DNA of 64,000 bases from the human T2T-CHM13v2.0 reference genome, Homo sapiens. Below the pieces are notes generated by a model. It had not been told where the DNA came from. It worked only from the letters and a program-made list of their open reading frames with translations, and searched no databases. The DNA lies in NCBI GenBank assembly GCA_009914755.4, contig CP068257.2, positions 16,672,001 to 16,736,000 of the forward strand. Reading direction: 5' to 3'. The translations under genes were made by a program, and so were the position numbers. This document shows, piece after piece, positions 1 through 13,500 of this stretch (its first letter is position 1; each line of letters begins with the position of its first letter).

Positions 1-206
1 ACTTTCATTTTCTACCTAATTACTTAATTACTTTTAAGACTTGATGGGAAGGTAAAAAACAAATATGGCGAAATTACATATTTGATGCAAGCTATTAATG
101 CATTAGACTGGGAGGTATAATACATTTTTGATGAGTTATTAATTGGAATTTTTACTTGCATCATCCTTGCTGAGAATATCTTTCTTTATCCTTCTGTAAT
201 ATAAAA

Positions 207-311
207 TTTATAGAAATACTGTAGCGGGAGAGGTTATGCAAAATTTTTAATTTTAAAGATATTTTACAAATTTTGCATAACCTCTCCCACTACAATTGTA
301 CTTCTATAAAT
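207..311. mobile_element. Palindromic MITE-like element of ~105 bp with two ~45-bp inverted arms (unclassified, non-autonomous DNA-transposon-like)
   Basis: Left arm ataaaatttatagaaatactgtagcgggagaggttatgcaaaattt is the near-perfect reverse complement of right arm aaattttgcataacctctcccactacaattgtacttctataaatttt. Both ends sit in TA-rich flanks. Confidence 0.45.
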
Positions 312-728
312 TTTCCAAAAAAACTATTGTAAATGTGTTGCAAAGATATAGCAAAAGCATATTCTCTGTAGTACCCTTGTGATTATTTATCTATATTATG
401 ATATAGGATAAAATGAAATATTTCATTAAAAAATCATCAAAAAATATAAAATCATGAGAAATGCCCACACATAAGTATTTTGTATAACAGAGTATATTGT
501 ATTTTATATAATATTTACATGTACTTTATACAGTATTCATACAAAGGTTATTAACAGTGGTTATTACTTGAAAATGGGGTTAATCAAGATTTTTATTTTC
601 TCCCTTTTGCTAATGTGTATTTTCTAAATTCATAACTTTATAAATTTTAAAGCTCTTATTAAACCTAATTTGATAGTAATAAAAAGGTTTGCAAATCTCT
701 TAAAAAGGAACTCAGTAGAATTACTTAC

Positions 729-861
729 CCTAGTCCCAGCAGTTGACAAACATCATTTGAAATCTGGGTGGTCCAGTTCTCAGCACAAGCTGTATGCCAT
801 ATGCTCTGGATTCTGAACCGCACTAAACCATTGTTGTTCGTTGTGCCATTGAAAAAACGCA
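729..861 (-). CDS. TMPRSS15: TMPRSS15 exon: first part of SRCR domain (V)RFFNGTTNNNGLVRFRIQSIWHTACAENWTTQISNDVCQLLGLG; phase 1 in, phase 2 out
   Basis: Minus-strand acceptor tctctgtgtctttag|TGCG and donor CTAGG|gtaagt. Frame is continuous with the upstream LDLa exon (G+TG=Val). Carries the SRCR cysteine pattern and matches the recalled enteropeptidase sequence. Confidence 0.85.
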
Positions 862-883
862 CTAAAGACACAGAGAGCATAAT

Positions 884-1310
884 GGTAGTTACCAGAGACT
901 GAAGGGTGCGGAGTATGGGAAGACATCGTTCAAAGAGTACAGAGCTTCATTTAGACAGGAGGAATAAGTTCATGAGATCTCTTGCACAGCACTGTGACTA
1001 TAGTTAATAATAATGTATTGTATATTTCAAAATTTTGCAAAATTTCAAATTTTCTCATCATGAAATATGGTATTTAAGGTGATGGATAGGTTGATTAGCA
1101 TAATTCAATCATTCCTCAATCTCTCTCTCTCTCTATATATATATACACACTTTTTAAATATGTATATACACATTCTCTGTATATACATTCTCTCTCCATA
1201 CTTTCTATTAATATATATTATATATAATAACATCACATTGTAACCCATAAATATATAGAATTAAATTTTTCAAATATACAGCAAATTTTTTGGAAAAATT
1301 AACAAAAAAA
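884..1310 (+). mobile_element. Old L1 (L1P/L1M-type) 3'-end fragment, antisense to the gene, with an internal (CT)n(TA)n expansion
   Basis: Motifs ggtagttaccagagactgaagggtg…gtgactatagttaataataatgtattgtat…gtgatggata are typical of older L1 3' ends. The same family recurs at 10360-10660 and 16195-16585. Confidence 0.5.
1118..1150. repeat. (CT)n(TA)n compound microsatellite
   Basis: ctctctctctctctatatatatata seen directly. Confidence 0.8.
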
Positions 1311-1966
1311 GAGACATTAAAGAGATTAGATTACACATGTGGTCATTTTGACCTAAATTGATAGGAGTAAATTATGGCCTCTAAACTAAATGTGCAATGT
1401 TCTTAATATTTCGAGTTTAGAGATTGATTGTAGTTTTTCTTAAGAGCATGATGGAAGGTCTAATTTGAAAAATATAAATTTAGTAGACAATTTTGCTCTT
1501 TTATGTAACCATAAAAATGGAAAATGCAGAGATATGCAAGTTTATTACAAATCTATACAGCAAATAAACAGAAAATAAAGTTATCTGTGAAGAGTATATA
1601 TAAGAGTATATATAAACTTAGTTTCTGAAAGAAGGAAACTCAAGTTTAGGGATTACTTTAGGAATTCCCTCCCCACCAAAAAAAAAAAAAAAACCACTTT
1701 CTTTGTACTTGCTTTTATACCATTTGATTTCTATCAACTTACTTATCATTTTACAACCATTTTGAACAGAATTTTAAGGCCATTAGTGGCCAGGTAGGGA
1801 CTGGACCAAGCTAAGCGCGTTCATCAAGGGAGGAAAACATCAGTAATTGTAGTCTTACCTACAAACACTATGTTGTAATTCTATAAAATAATGCTACATT
1901 GTTTACCTTTTTTTTCCTATTATGACAAGAGCTAAGAGCAGTGACTACAGAATTATACAAACGTAG

Positions 1967-2362
<396 letters not shown>

Positions 2363-2929
2363 GCTATACCTAATTCTTGTTGTGGATTTTTTTTTTAACT
2401 TAGTTACAGTGCATGGTACATAGTACGTAAGTGTTAAATATTTGCTTAGAAATAAAAAGACATAATAAAAGTATCCATTACTCATAATGTTATTGAGGTG
2501 TGGAAGGGGAGCTGGAATGAAAACTCAGCAGGGCAGGGGGAGAAAGTGAACTACAAGTAAGCACACAGGTGCCTCTGAATGTGGGCAACAAACAGAAAAC
2601 AGTAGCCAATATGAGTGGTGCTAGCCTGCTTGGTTTGGAATATTGTCTCTGTGGTATTCTCGGCTTCCTATATGGATATTTGTTGCTCTAGAATTACAGT
2701 TAATAAGTGTGACCAAATTGAAACAAACAATAAACTGAGGCCTGCGTATTAACTTTTCTTCTATCCAGATGGGGACAGAGGTGCTAAAATCATCTCAGAG
2801 ATGAGATGTTCTCGTTCCAAAGCATCAAAACAGGTCCTAATAAACACAGTTATAATCTTTCTTTGACACTGTAGAGTCCAAATGCAGAGGCTAAAGTCAT
2901 AAAAGTATTTTCCTAAAAATAAGACATAC

Positions 2930-3040
2930 CACAATCTGCTTCATCTGAGCCATCCTCACAGTGCAGATGACCGTCACAGAGATTCACCAGTGGAACACAC
3001 TCTCCATTTTTACATTGAAAATGGTCTGCCTTGCATGGCT
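2930..3040 (-). CDS. TMPRSS15: TMPRSS15 exon: LDL-receptor class A repeat 2 (E)[36 protein letters not shown]; symmetric phase 1-1
   Basis: Acceptor ttctttccccatag|AGCCATGC and donor GATTGTG|gtatgt on the minus strand. Canonical LDLa signature C-x-FQC-x-NG-x-C-...-CDG-x-x-DC-x-DGSDE-x-x-C. 111 bp with consistent phase. Confidence 0.92.
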
Positions 3041-3123
3041 CTATGGGGAAAGAATGTTTATTGTATAGGATAAAGAAAACACAAATGGATGATTCTGGAG
3101 TACAAATCCCATTTGCTCCCCTT

Positions 3124-3715
3124 TAAACATGAGTCCTTTGCCACAGCTCAAGGTGGAACCAGCTTTGATACTGAGTAAATGAGAGTTAATGGGTGCAGCA
3201 CACCAACATGGCACATGTATACACATATAACAAACCTGCACGTTGTGCACATGTACCGTAGAACTTAAAGTATAATAAAATATATATATATAAAATAATA
3301 AACATGAGTCCTTTGCCACAGCTCAAGGTGGAGCTAGCTTTGATACTGAGTAAATGACGAGTTAGTGGGTGCAGCACACCAACATGGCACATGTATACAC
3401 ATGTAACAAACCTGCACGTTGTGCACGTGTACCCTAGAACTTAAAGTATAATAAAATATATATATATATAAAATAATAAACATGAGTCCTTTGCCACAGC
3501 TCAAGGTGGAGCTAGCTTTGATACTGAGCAAATGACGAGTTAATGGGTGCAGCACACCAGCATGGCACATGTATACACATGTAACAAACCTGCATGTTGT
3601 GTACGTGTACCCTAGAACTTAAAGTATAATAAAATATATATATATATAAAATAATAAACATGAGTCCTTTGCCACAGCTCAAGGTGGAGCCAGTTTTGAT
3701 ACTGAGCAACACCAT
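3124..3715 (+). repeat. Tandem array of ~3.3 copies of a ~178-bp unit built from an L1 3' end (…gttaatgggtgcagcacaccaacatggcacatgtatacacatgtaacaaacctgcacgttgtgcacatgtaccctagaacttaaagtataataaaa) plus ~60 bp of non-L1 sequence
   Basis: Unit starts aaacatgagtcctttgccacagctcaaggtgg recur at 3124, 3301, 3478 and 3657. The overlapping minus-strand ORFs 3041..3715 with near-identical peptides are artefacts of the repeat. Confidence 0.85.
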
Positions 3716-5299
3716 CTACTTGTTTGCTCAGAAAGCCTCAGAAATAGTTTCCAAGCTGATGTGTATGTAGCTTTAGAAGAGTGTGGATGAAACCTCAGAC
3801 ATCTCTTTTGCAGCAAAACTCAGGGAATTTCTAAGAGGTGGCTGAGAGGTTGTCAACTCACCTCTTCCTCGTAATTTCGTTAGTATCTCTTCAATAAACA
3901 AACTCCTCCACCCCAAACGAACATACAAGCAACAACCATTGAACTGTTACTCAAGCACAGAGAGGTCCCCTGGCCTCACCATCCAAATGATACTTCCAAA
4001 ACTTTGTAAGAAAGAAATGTGGAAGTTGTCTGTTGGTGAGATCAAAGTTGGATTGGGTCGGAAACAGAAGGCTCAATTAAAGCTTGGTCAGGCAGGAAAG
4101 GGTAGTTACAAAGAAATGGAAACTTTGCCGTATCGGTAATGTGAAAAGAAGTTGAGGATAGAGCTCCAAACAAGTACAGCAGTGTTGGAGGCATGGGCAT
4201 GTGCTTGGCACATGGAGACACAAAAGGAAAATGAAAAACCTGGGCAAAGAAGAAACTGGGTAGATCTGGAGGCCGTTGGTGGTGGTTTCCAGAGTTTGGG
4301 TTGTGCAAAAAGAGGCCTAGTGGAAACATTCCTTATTTAGAAGCAGCTACTGCTGTTTCCTGAGATTGTTCGGTCTTTAAAAGTTTTGTTCTGGGAGAGC
4401 CCTCATATCACTGGGAGAGAGGGGTTTGCTTCCCTCTTCCAGTGCTTTCTGATTATGGCTTAGGAGGTACAGTTATGTGCTGGAAGGAGAGTAGGAACTC
4501 CATGAGGGCCACTTGGAATTTGGTTCCCTAACAATGGTGATGGCTGTCAGGTGTGGAGAGGCTCAATGTCTTATCCCCTACATGGCACGTGAACAATCAT
4601 ATGGGGAAGCAAAAGCACTTGATAAAAATAAGAAACAGGGAAGCTTCTATTTTGAAAACTATTAGTGACTATTAGTCAATATAATAACATTACTATTACA
4701 TTGCTTTCAAGGAGACTCAGTTCAGGTTAATATGATTTCAGAAACAAATTATAAAAATATCCATGGAGACTTTCTGAATTTATGATGACCAAACATAAAG
4801 CCACTTGAAAGGAATTATTCCTGTTGTTTTAGAATCTAAGTTGTAGACTCACATCTGAGAGTACTGAAAAATACCATTACACTTCTAAAGAGAGGGACTC
4901 AGTATAGCCATACTATACTTATTGAAAAAAATACCAAAAGTAGTCCAGCAACTATCAATATCCATCATCTATTTTCAGCTTTTTAATAAAAGGGCATTAG
5001 AGTATTTTTCTAAAAAATATATTGAATAGAGTATTTGAGGGGGGGTGTTTTTATGGGGGTAAGGGGAGGGTGGTGCTATCCAGCAAACCAAGTGTGGGAT
5101 GCCCTAAGAGAATCAATTCCTAATTGAGTTGCCTGAAAGAAGCAAGGTCAGCATCTAACTCCCTGGCCAAAAGTTGACTACACTGCATAACCACAAGGAC
5201 CAGGCTTTCATGGGACTAGTGTAAGGGCTTTCAGATTTTTTAAAACTCTGACATTAGTATGAAACAGATTTTAAGTAATAACTCTAGGATACACATCAA

Positions 5300-5324
5300 T
5301 GTGTGTGTTTGTGTGTGTGTGTGT
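5300..5324. repeat. (GT)n microsatellite, interrupted
   Basis: gtgtgtgtttgtgtgtgtgtgtgt. Confidence 0.8.
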
Positions 5325-5363
5325 AACTAAATTAAAATTTGCTTTTACTCTGTTCTATTATTT

Positions 5364-5565
5364 CCCATCCCATCCCATCCCATCCCATCCCATCCCATCC
5401 CATCCCATCCTATCCCATTCTATCCTATCCCATCCTATTCCATCCCATCCCATCCCATCCCATCCCATCCCATCCCATCCCATCCCATCCCATCCCATCC
5501 CATCCCATCCCATCCCATCCCATCCCATCCCATCCCATCCCATCCTATCCCAACCCATTCTATTC
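5364..5565. repeat. (CCCAT)n pentanucleotide repeat of ~40 units; reads (ATGGG)n on the gene/sense strand
   Basis: cccatcccatcccatccc… runs for ~200 bp with a few CCTAT/CATTC variants. ORFs 5299..5653 and 5358..5603 are repeat artefacts. Confidence 0.95.
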
Positions 5566-7005
5566 CATAACAAGGCATAAAATTTGTTGGGTAGTGAAAC
5601 CAAATAAATTCATTTCACTACCCTGGTTTTTGATAAATACCAGGATAAACTGAAGTATACTGAAAATATTAATGAGACAGTGACATTATTTTCCTGAAGT
5701 TTGTGGGCAGATAGCTGTGTAAATAAAGATTGGTATCAATTCCTATGAAATGAAATCAGAAGTTAGGAAGTTGGCAAGGTGGACACTGGAAAGATGATCA
5801 GATGACAACTGCCTGGCAGGGAAGCCTGGCTCTAGCACAAAAAGTGGAGGAATGGAACCTGGGGATTAGGGATTCGGAGCTGAACCAGTTTATAAGAGAT
5901 TATTGTACTATAAGAGGTGTATTGTCTATAGTGCAATATTCCAGGGCTGGTGGAACAATGCTCTGAAGAGCTCACAAGTCTGTTTCACAACAGAGCTGGC
6001 ATTTGGCCAGAAGCTGGTGTTTGCCAAATGAAAACTACAATGGTAAAAATAAATAAATAAATAAAAATAAAAACTTCCTATCTTCCAACATTGGAACGAT
6101 GGGAAGATGGGGAAAAAAGGGAAGTGGAAACTAAAACAAAGACAATATTTCCACCCTCCTCTGCCTTAAGTTATTAAGCCAAGGTCTGTGCCTGAGTTGA
6201 GGGATAAAAGAAGCTTTGAATTAGATGATATAAAAGTGTTGATATTATACTTGACTGTTCATTTTAACACTTACAAGTGAGTGTAAGTTACTCAGATAAA
6301 ATGATTTAACACCGGAAGTAACTGAAAAAGTGTAGAGATCTGCCTGAAATATTCAGAGCCGAAAAAGGAGATTTGAATTAAAATAGAGACAAATGAACCT
6401 TTTGTTTTGCTTATATGGTCATTGAGGTCAGTCATTCTGTAAACTGAATATACAATATGCCAGCTGTAATACCCATAAAGCCATGTTTTCTCATCTTTGT
6501 ATGTCCAGGTCTTGGTGAAATGTCTTTCACAAAGCAGGGAATAAGTAGATATTTTTAAAACATAAAGTAAATTAATGTATGTTAAAAGATTGATATGCCT
6601 CAAAATAAGTATGAAGCTTAGTAATAGAGTCAACGTAATATAAAGCAATTTTTAAAACTATGATTTCAAATAAAGTTTAAAATTTAAGATAATTGGCTGA
6701 CGGTAATTCTAGTGATTTGAAAAAAAGAAACAATTTTATGAATTATGAAGATATAATTTACTTAGTTAAATTTCAATAGTGGTTAAGACACAGGACTTAA
6801 AGTAATATGACCTTGGTTGAAGGTGCAATTTAGCCATTTCTTTTAATATTTCTTTGACCTTGGGCAAAGAAATTAGCCTGAGGCTCAGTTTCTTTGTCAA
6901 TAGGAGTAAATACTACTTTTGTCTTTGGTGTGTCAGGAGAACAAATTTTATAAGATAATGAAGTGTATTTATCATACCAATACATATACAGAGAATACGC
7001 AGTAG

Positions 7006-7366
<361 letters not shown>

Positions 7367-8947
7367 TTTCACTATTTTTCAAGTTAACATTTTTACTCCA
7401 TGTGCTAGTTGTGCTGTTTCTCCCTACGAATAACAAAATAAATAAGAAAACATACCTAATCCTTTCCTCTCAGTATCTTACAACAATAATTGGAGCTATT
7501 TGTATACTCTACTTTAAGCTTTGAAGAAATCTGTATTTTTTCATCTGAAATCTAAGTTACCTTAACAAGAAAATATTTTTAGAAAGCCATGGCTGGTTGT
7601 TTCTACAAACCTTTATACCATGAGAAAATCTGGTTACATATCTCAAAATATAATGCTATTACGGAGGTTCTTGAAAATGTAATTATCAATTTGTTTCACA
7701 AACATATTTTTAAACCAGATTAGTGAGATGACAAATGGGCAGAGATAATTACAGATTCTAAAGACAGCATTAATACTTTGACTATATATTTTATCTTTCT
7801 GGTATTAATTTTCCTTTAGAAAATTGGAAGTCTTAAATGTAGGTAGAAGTGTTTGTATTCATATATTCTGTCTTAAATATATATTTTAATATACTTTATT
7901 TAAAAAGTTGACAGCATGAATTACATGTCCATGATCAATTATATTGATATACTTACAGAATGTTAGTCACCACCCTTTATTTTTAAATTATCTTATTACT
8001 TTTTTCATAGCTTACTGAAATCACTATGTAAAAAATGAATTCTCAATGACAATAATTTAATCTTATATACATTTACTGATAATTTTACCCTTTTACTAAT
8101 GTAGATAGGCAACATTTAATTTGAAAATCACATACGAGTTGAATGGAAACAGACAAATATCTGAATTAAAATTTAAATGATAACATAAAAATGTTTTAAA
8201 AATGTAATTCATTTTTGTGCTCTAGCTGAAGCTGTTAGGGTTATATTCTATGAATCCAGAAAAATAATAACTTGTTTCTATAAGCTGAATGAACTGGATG
8301 AAAAAATGCTGAATGGGGAAAACTGATCTATTGTTACTGAACTGAACAGAAATTTTAAAATCTGAGAAGTATAAATAAGCTCTTTCAAAATTTTCCTTAC
8401 ACGCATAAACTGGATTCTGATTTTTTGCAACATACAATAGTTCAGCTTCATTAAGCAGTCTTTAATCCAACAGTTTAACTCTCTCTGGACTCTTGAAATC
8501 TTATTTCTGATAGTTTTATGCCCATGGTGAGAGAAAGAAAAAGAAATATTGCTAAGAATTGAATTTCCCCATCTCCTTTTTATGAAGTCTCCAGTAGCGT
8601 TGCCTCATTTAGTAACATACGCTTGGTTTAAAATGGAACGAAATTGATCTCTAAGCACATGCCACACAATCTGGGGAGGGCTCAAACCCCCTAAATGTAA
8701 TCAGCTGCTACTTCCACAGTTGCCTGATAAACACTGTTGAATTCCATCGTTAAGACTCTGAGTATCAGAAAAGAGGAATAAGGGGACATTTATAGGAGAC
8801 AGATCTTAATAAATCTATATTACATATACTTTATTACAGTAGAAATGGAAATGTTAGGAACATAGTACAAAGAAAATAAGATACAAAAATACACTATACA
8901 ATTGTGTTAAATTTCAACTGGATGCTTGGAAGGTGGCCCTAAAATAG

Positions 8948-9288
<341 letters not shown>

Positions 9289-9849
9289 GCAAAAACGATT
9301 TTTGTTGCCCATTTATAATTTTTTCTAAAAGAACCACCAAAGTAAAGTGCCAGGATGTGTGTCCAATCTCGCTTTCCCTTACCAGCTTAATTAGCCTCCA
9401 CAGCCAAGTCCCTGTTTCTGTAATTGCTTTTCAGTCTTTGGGTATAAAAAATCTCGACGGAAGCAGACGGTGCTGATGAAAACTCAATCATTCCATTACT
9501 CACTTCCCAGCAGCATCTGTCCTATGTCTAGGAGGAATGTGAAACCACACTCCCCATGTATTTATCATGCAGTGATGGGCATTGAAGACTCCATTCTAGC
9601 TTCAATCAGGGGGATTTTCCCTTAAAAATAACTTCATACATTACATACTAATTTAACAGTATAAATGAAATCTAGCTATAGGCAAAAGAAATCTAAAGAA
9701 TCTATACACCATAAAATTGGTGTCTTTTGCGTTGAGAGAAATACATTGTACTCTGTTTTTGAGTTTGATCTTGAATCAAAGTTGCTGATATTGTTTTTCA
9801 AAATCTTTGACATTGTGTTAGTTTCATTATAAGAATCTGAGACAGGAAA

Positions 9850-10660
9850 TAAATGCTGATGAGGATGCAGAGAAAGGGGAACATTTATACACCTTTGGTA
9901 GAAATGTAAAATAGTACAGCCATTATGAAAACCAATATGAGGCTCCTCAAAGAACTAAGAAATATAAAAACTAAAAATATAACTACCATATAATTCAGGA
10001 GCCCCTCTGCTGGATATTTATCCAAAAGAAAGAAAAGCAGTATATCAAAGAGATATCTGCTCATCTATGTTTACTGCAGCACTATTCTTAATAGCCAAGT
10101 TATGCAGTCAACGTAAGAGTCCATCAACAGATGAAAAGAGAGAGAGAAAATGGTATCTTTGCATAATGGAATATTATGCAGTCATAATAAATAATGAAAT
10201 CCTGTCATTTGCAACAACATGGAGGAAACTGGAGGACATTATGTTAAGTGAAATTGCCAGGCACAGAAGGACAAATGTTGCATGTTCTCATTCATATGTG
10301 GGAGCTAAATTAATTGATTTCATGAAGATAGTAAATAGAATGGTGGTCACCAGAGGCTGAGAAGGGTAGTGGGGAGGGAGGATAAAGAAGGGTTTCAATG
10401 GGTACCAAAATAGAGTTACATAGAAGGAATAAGATCTAGTGTTTGGTAACACAATAAAATGACTATAGTTAACAATAATTTATGGTACATTTCAAAATAA
10501 CTAGAGAAGACAATTTGGAATATTCCTAACACTTAGAAATAATAAATGTTTGAAGTGAAGAATATTTCGGTTTCCCAGATTCGATGATTATAAATTGTAT
10601 GCTTGTATTAAAATATTACATATACTCCATAAACATGTGTAATTATTATGAGTCCATAAA
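9850..10660 (+). mobile_element. Old L1 fragment (ORF2 C-terminus and 3'UTR), antisense to the gene
   Basis: ORF 10067..10360 translates to L1 ORF2 C-terminal-like MEYYAVIINNEILSFATTWRKLEDIMLSEIARHRRTNVACSHSYVGAKLIDFM. The downstream 3'UTR motifs gaatggtggtcaccagaggctgag…acaataaaatgactatagttaacaataatttatggtac follow. Confidence 0.8.
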
Positions 10661-10860
10661 ACACAATTTAAACAAACTGTAACTGTAACTTTTGATGGAA
10701 GAGATTTGTCTCTGTCTTCCTTTTGACAATCCATTTTCCTCTTTTCAAGTCTTTTCTCCTTTCTCATTTTCAACTTAAAATAGGGGTTTAAAGACCTACT
10801 TTTTCTTAAAAATTTTGTTTCAAGATGCTTTAACTTTTGCAGATGGTGGAATGCCATGTG

Positions 10861-11217
10861 CTGTTAGTTTGTTCTCATGCTGCTAATAAAGACATACCTG
10901 AGACTAGGTAATTTATATGAAAAAGGAGAATTAATGGACTTGCTGTTCCACAGGGCTGGGAGAGCTTCATAATCATGGCAGGCAAAAGAGGAGAAAGGCA
11001 CATCTTACATGGCAGCAGGCAAGAGAGAGCATGTGCAGGGAAACTCCTTTTTATAAAACCATCAGATCTCATGAGACTTACTCATTATCATGAGAACAGC
11101 ACAGGAAAAACCCACCCCCATGACTCAATTACCTCCCACCAGGTCCCTCCCACAACACATGGGGATCATTACAATTCAAGGTGAGATCTGGGTGGGGACA
11201 CAGCTAAACCAAATCAC
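10861..11217 (-). mobile_element. MaLR solo LTR (THE1/MST-like), minus orientation
   Basis: Reverse complement begins tgatttggtttagctgtgtccccacccagatctcaccttgaattgtaa… and ends …ttattagcagcatgagaacaaactaacag, the canonical THE1/MST termini. Confidence 0.75.
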
Positions 11218-12711
11218 CTATAATTATTTCAATTGTTTGGATACCTCAATAAATCTAATCCCTTATCTGTTAGAGCACAGTATTTTTTTAAAAAATCTCA
11301 ATTACTTCAGGTTTTACTATTTATCTCAGTTTCTTTAAAAGTATAATACTTCTTTCAAAAATCCTTTCCTTGACAGAATTCTTGAAAAAAATTTAGGATG
11401 GCCTCCAGTAGAATAGTATTAGGCATTAGGTATTTACTTGCTCTATTTTATGATATTTTGCAGAAGAGAGTACATAATTTTACTGCATTTAAACAAGCAG
11501 TTATTGAACCTTGTATATTTTTTAGTTGTGGGATTTTCTCCTTAAAACATGAGAAATATTACTTCATTGTTTTAATGTTCATAATTGAGAGAAATATAAA
11601 GCTGATCTTATTTTCAATACTTACAAAAATAATTTTACTTTTTCTGCTAAGAATTTTCAGAAAAATTTCCCTCTTGAAATTTAAAACTTCACACAGAAAA
11701 TGTTATAACACTGATTCTTGCTCATTAATTTTTTTTTTATTGAACACACTAAGACTTCACGATTTTTCAGGTAATTTTATTCAGATCCAGAAAGCGTATA
11801 ATTTTTCTTTCATTGTATCTTTCACTATTAGTTTTGATCTGCTTTTATGTTTTCAATTTCAGGAATGTTTATTGTTTTCAAATTTGGTTTGGTGTTTTTT
11901 CCTGCATGCCCATTACAGACTCTCATATGTTTCTGTCTCTCTTTACTTATCATTTTTTCATTCTTCATCATGCTTTCCTGCAGCAATTTTTGTGGAAATG
12001 TGTGTGTTCTGCACAAGAGGTTTTGAATTGTTGTGCATTAGACCAGAAAACTAGGTGGTTCACACTGCTAACAAAGGCCTCTAGTCAAATCAGAAAGATT
12101 TTATTATGGCAGAGTTTCACAGAAAATTGCTATGGCCAAAGACGGCCATCTTCTTCCAAATTTCTTGAAAGGAGACTTTATTGTAACGTCACTTGTGGGA
12201 GCTGGTACTGTGCAAAGACTATTCTATCAGGAGCCAAATATTATATAATAATTTAAAAAATTAGGGTCATAATTTTACATATAAAAGTATTGGTGGTAAC
12301 ATTTTGTGTTTTTCTGTCAACTAAAGTTTGCTATTAACTAATTTACTTTCTATATAACAGTAAGAAAGATTTAGCTTTTCTCCAACATTACATAACCAAA
12401 GTCTGCTGTATCTTAAATGTGCTCAGTATTAACTACCAAAATGTCCTCAGCTATGTCCATCACCCTTCTATACTTTAAAAGTGTAACTCAAATGTTGAAT
12501 TAAATTAAAATAATAGGTACACCACAAACAGAAGGAAACTGAAATAGCAGATAAAATAATTGGCAAACAAACATGGTTATAGTATAATCATCAGCAACAA
12601 AATAATCAAGAAACAAAATCAGTGATTCAATTCAAGATGACATTTTCAAAATTATCTTGATTAACATTTTCCAAAGCAATGATCAAATTTTCTTCTAAGT
12701 TAAATTCTCGC

Positions 12712-12733
12712 CACACACACACACACACACGCT
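12712..12733. repeat. (CA)n microsatellite
   Basis: cacacacacacacacacacgc. Confidence 0.8.
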
Positions 12734-13424
12734 TATGTAAATACATATCTATTGATATTTGCATCTCAATGTATTTTGTTCTTTACCTAACAAAATCATG
12801 TCATTTTCTGTATTTCTTCTTTTTAGTGTACTCTAAGATAAATTATAATTTTGTGTAGATCTCAAAGTATTTACTCATTGTTTTTTATTGATCCATGTCA
12901 CTGTTGCTTGTAAGTAAACAGATTGGCTTCTAAAATCAGTCACAAAATCCAGATTAATCGATTGAGCTACCACTTACTTCTACCTAAGTAGCATGCATAA
13001 TATCAGTTGTGCTTCATTTTCAGGGCCAGATGGTAGACCTCTTTATCTGCCATAAAGATTAAGGCAGGCAGCTTTCTGGGATGGTGTCAAAAGCCCTGGT
13101 CAGTTGTGAGTGGAGGAACAAAGATAAACATAACCTAATAGTAACTGGATTTTGTATTAGATAATAGGCCAGATGAAGATGAACTATCCAACCCTACCTC
13201 TTTTCTAGATATTCAAGTGAAATACATCAATTCCATAAATATTTCTCTTCCTATGGAAGAGAAAGAGAGATGTAGGAAGTAGCATATATTCTGTTTTTCT
13301 GACATATTTGCACCTGGAAAGAACCACTGAGTTGCCGGGCAGTTCTATGAGACAATTCATAGTCCAAGTGAAGTATCAAGTTACAAAAAAATTCTCTGCA
13401 GATTGTTGAATGCAAATATATGCA

Positions 13425-13500
13425 AATACTAGATATATGAATATATATATCCATATTCACATATATCCATATATATACACACACATATATACATATATCC
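13425..13500. repeat. AT/CA-rich low-complexity simple repeat
   Basis: atatatgaatatatatatccatattcacatatatccatatatatacacacacatatatacatatatcc. Confidence 0.7.

Noticed and set aside
3041-3715. Four overlapping minus-strand ORFs with near-identical peptides (…HAGVLHPLTRHLLSIKASSTLSCGKGLMF…)
   Set aside because: They are produced by the 178-bp tandem duplication of an L1 tail. The periodic similarity comes from DNA repetition, not a paralogous gene family.
5299-5653. ORFs encoding HPIPS or MGWDG peptide repeats
   Set aside because: They are translations of the (CCCAT)n pentanucleotide repeat.
10067-10360. 97-aa ORF with clear similarity to the L1 ORF2 C-terminus
   Set aside because: It is a remnant of a truncated ancient L1 (no upstream ORF2 body or ORF1), not a functional gene.
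11398-12054. 218-aa plus-strand ORF, the longest in the track
   Set aside because: The peptide is low-complexity F/L/I/S-rich, as expected from T-rich sequence. It lies on the strand opposite the gene inside an intron. It resembles decayed antisense L1/repeat sequence rather than a protein.
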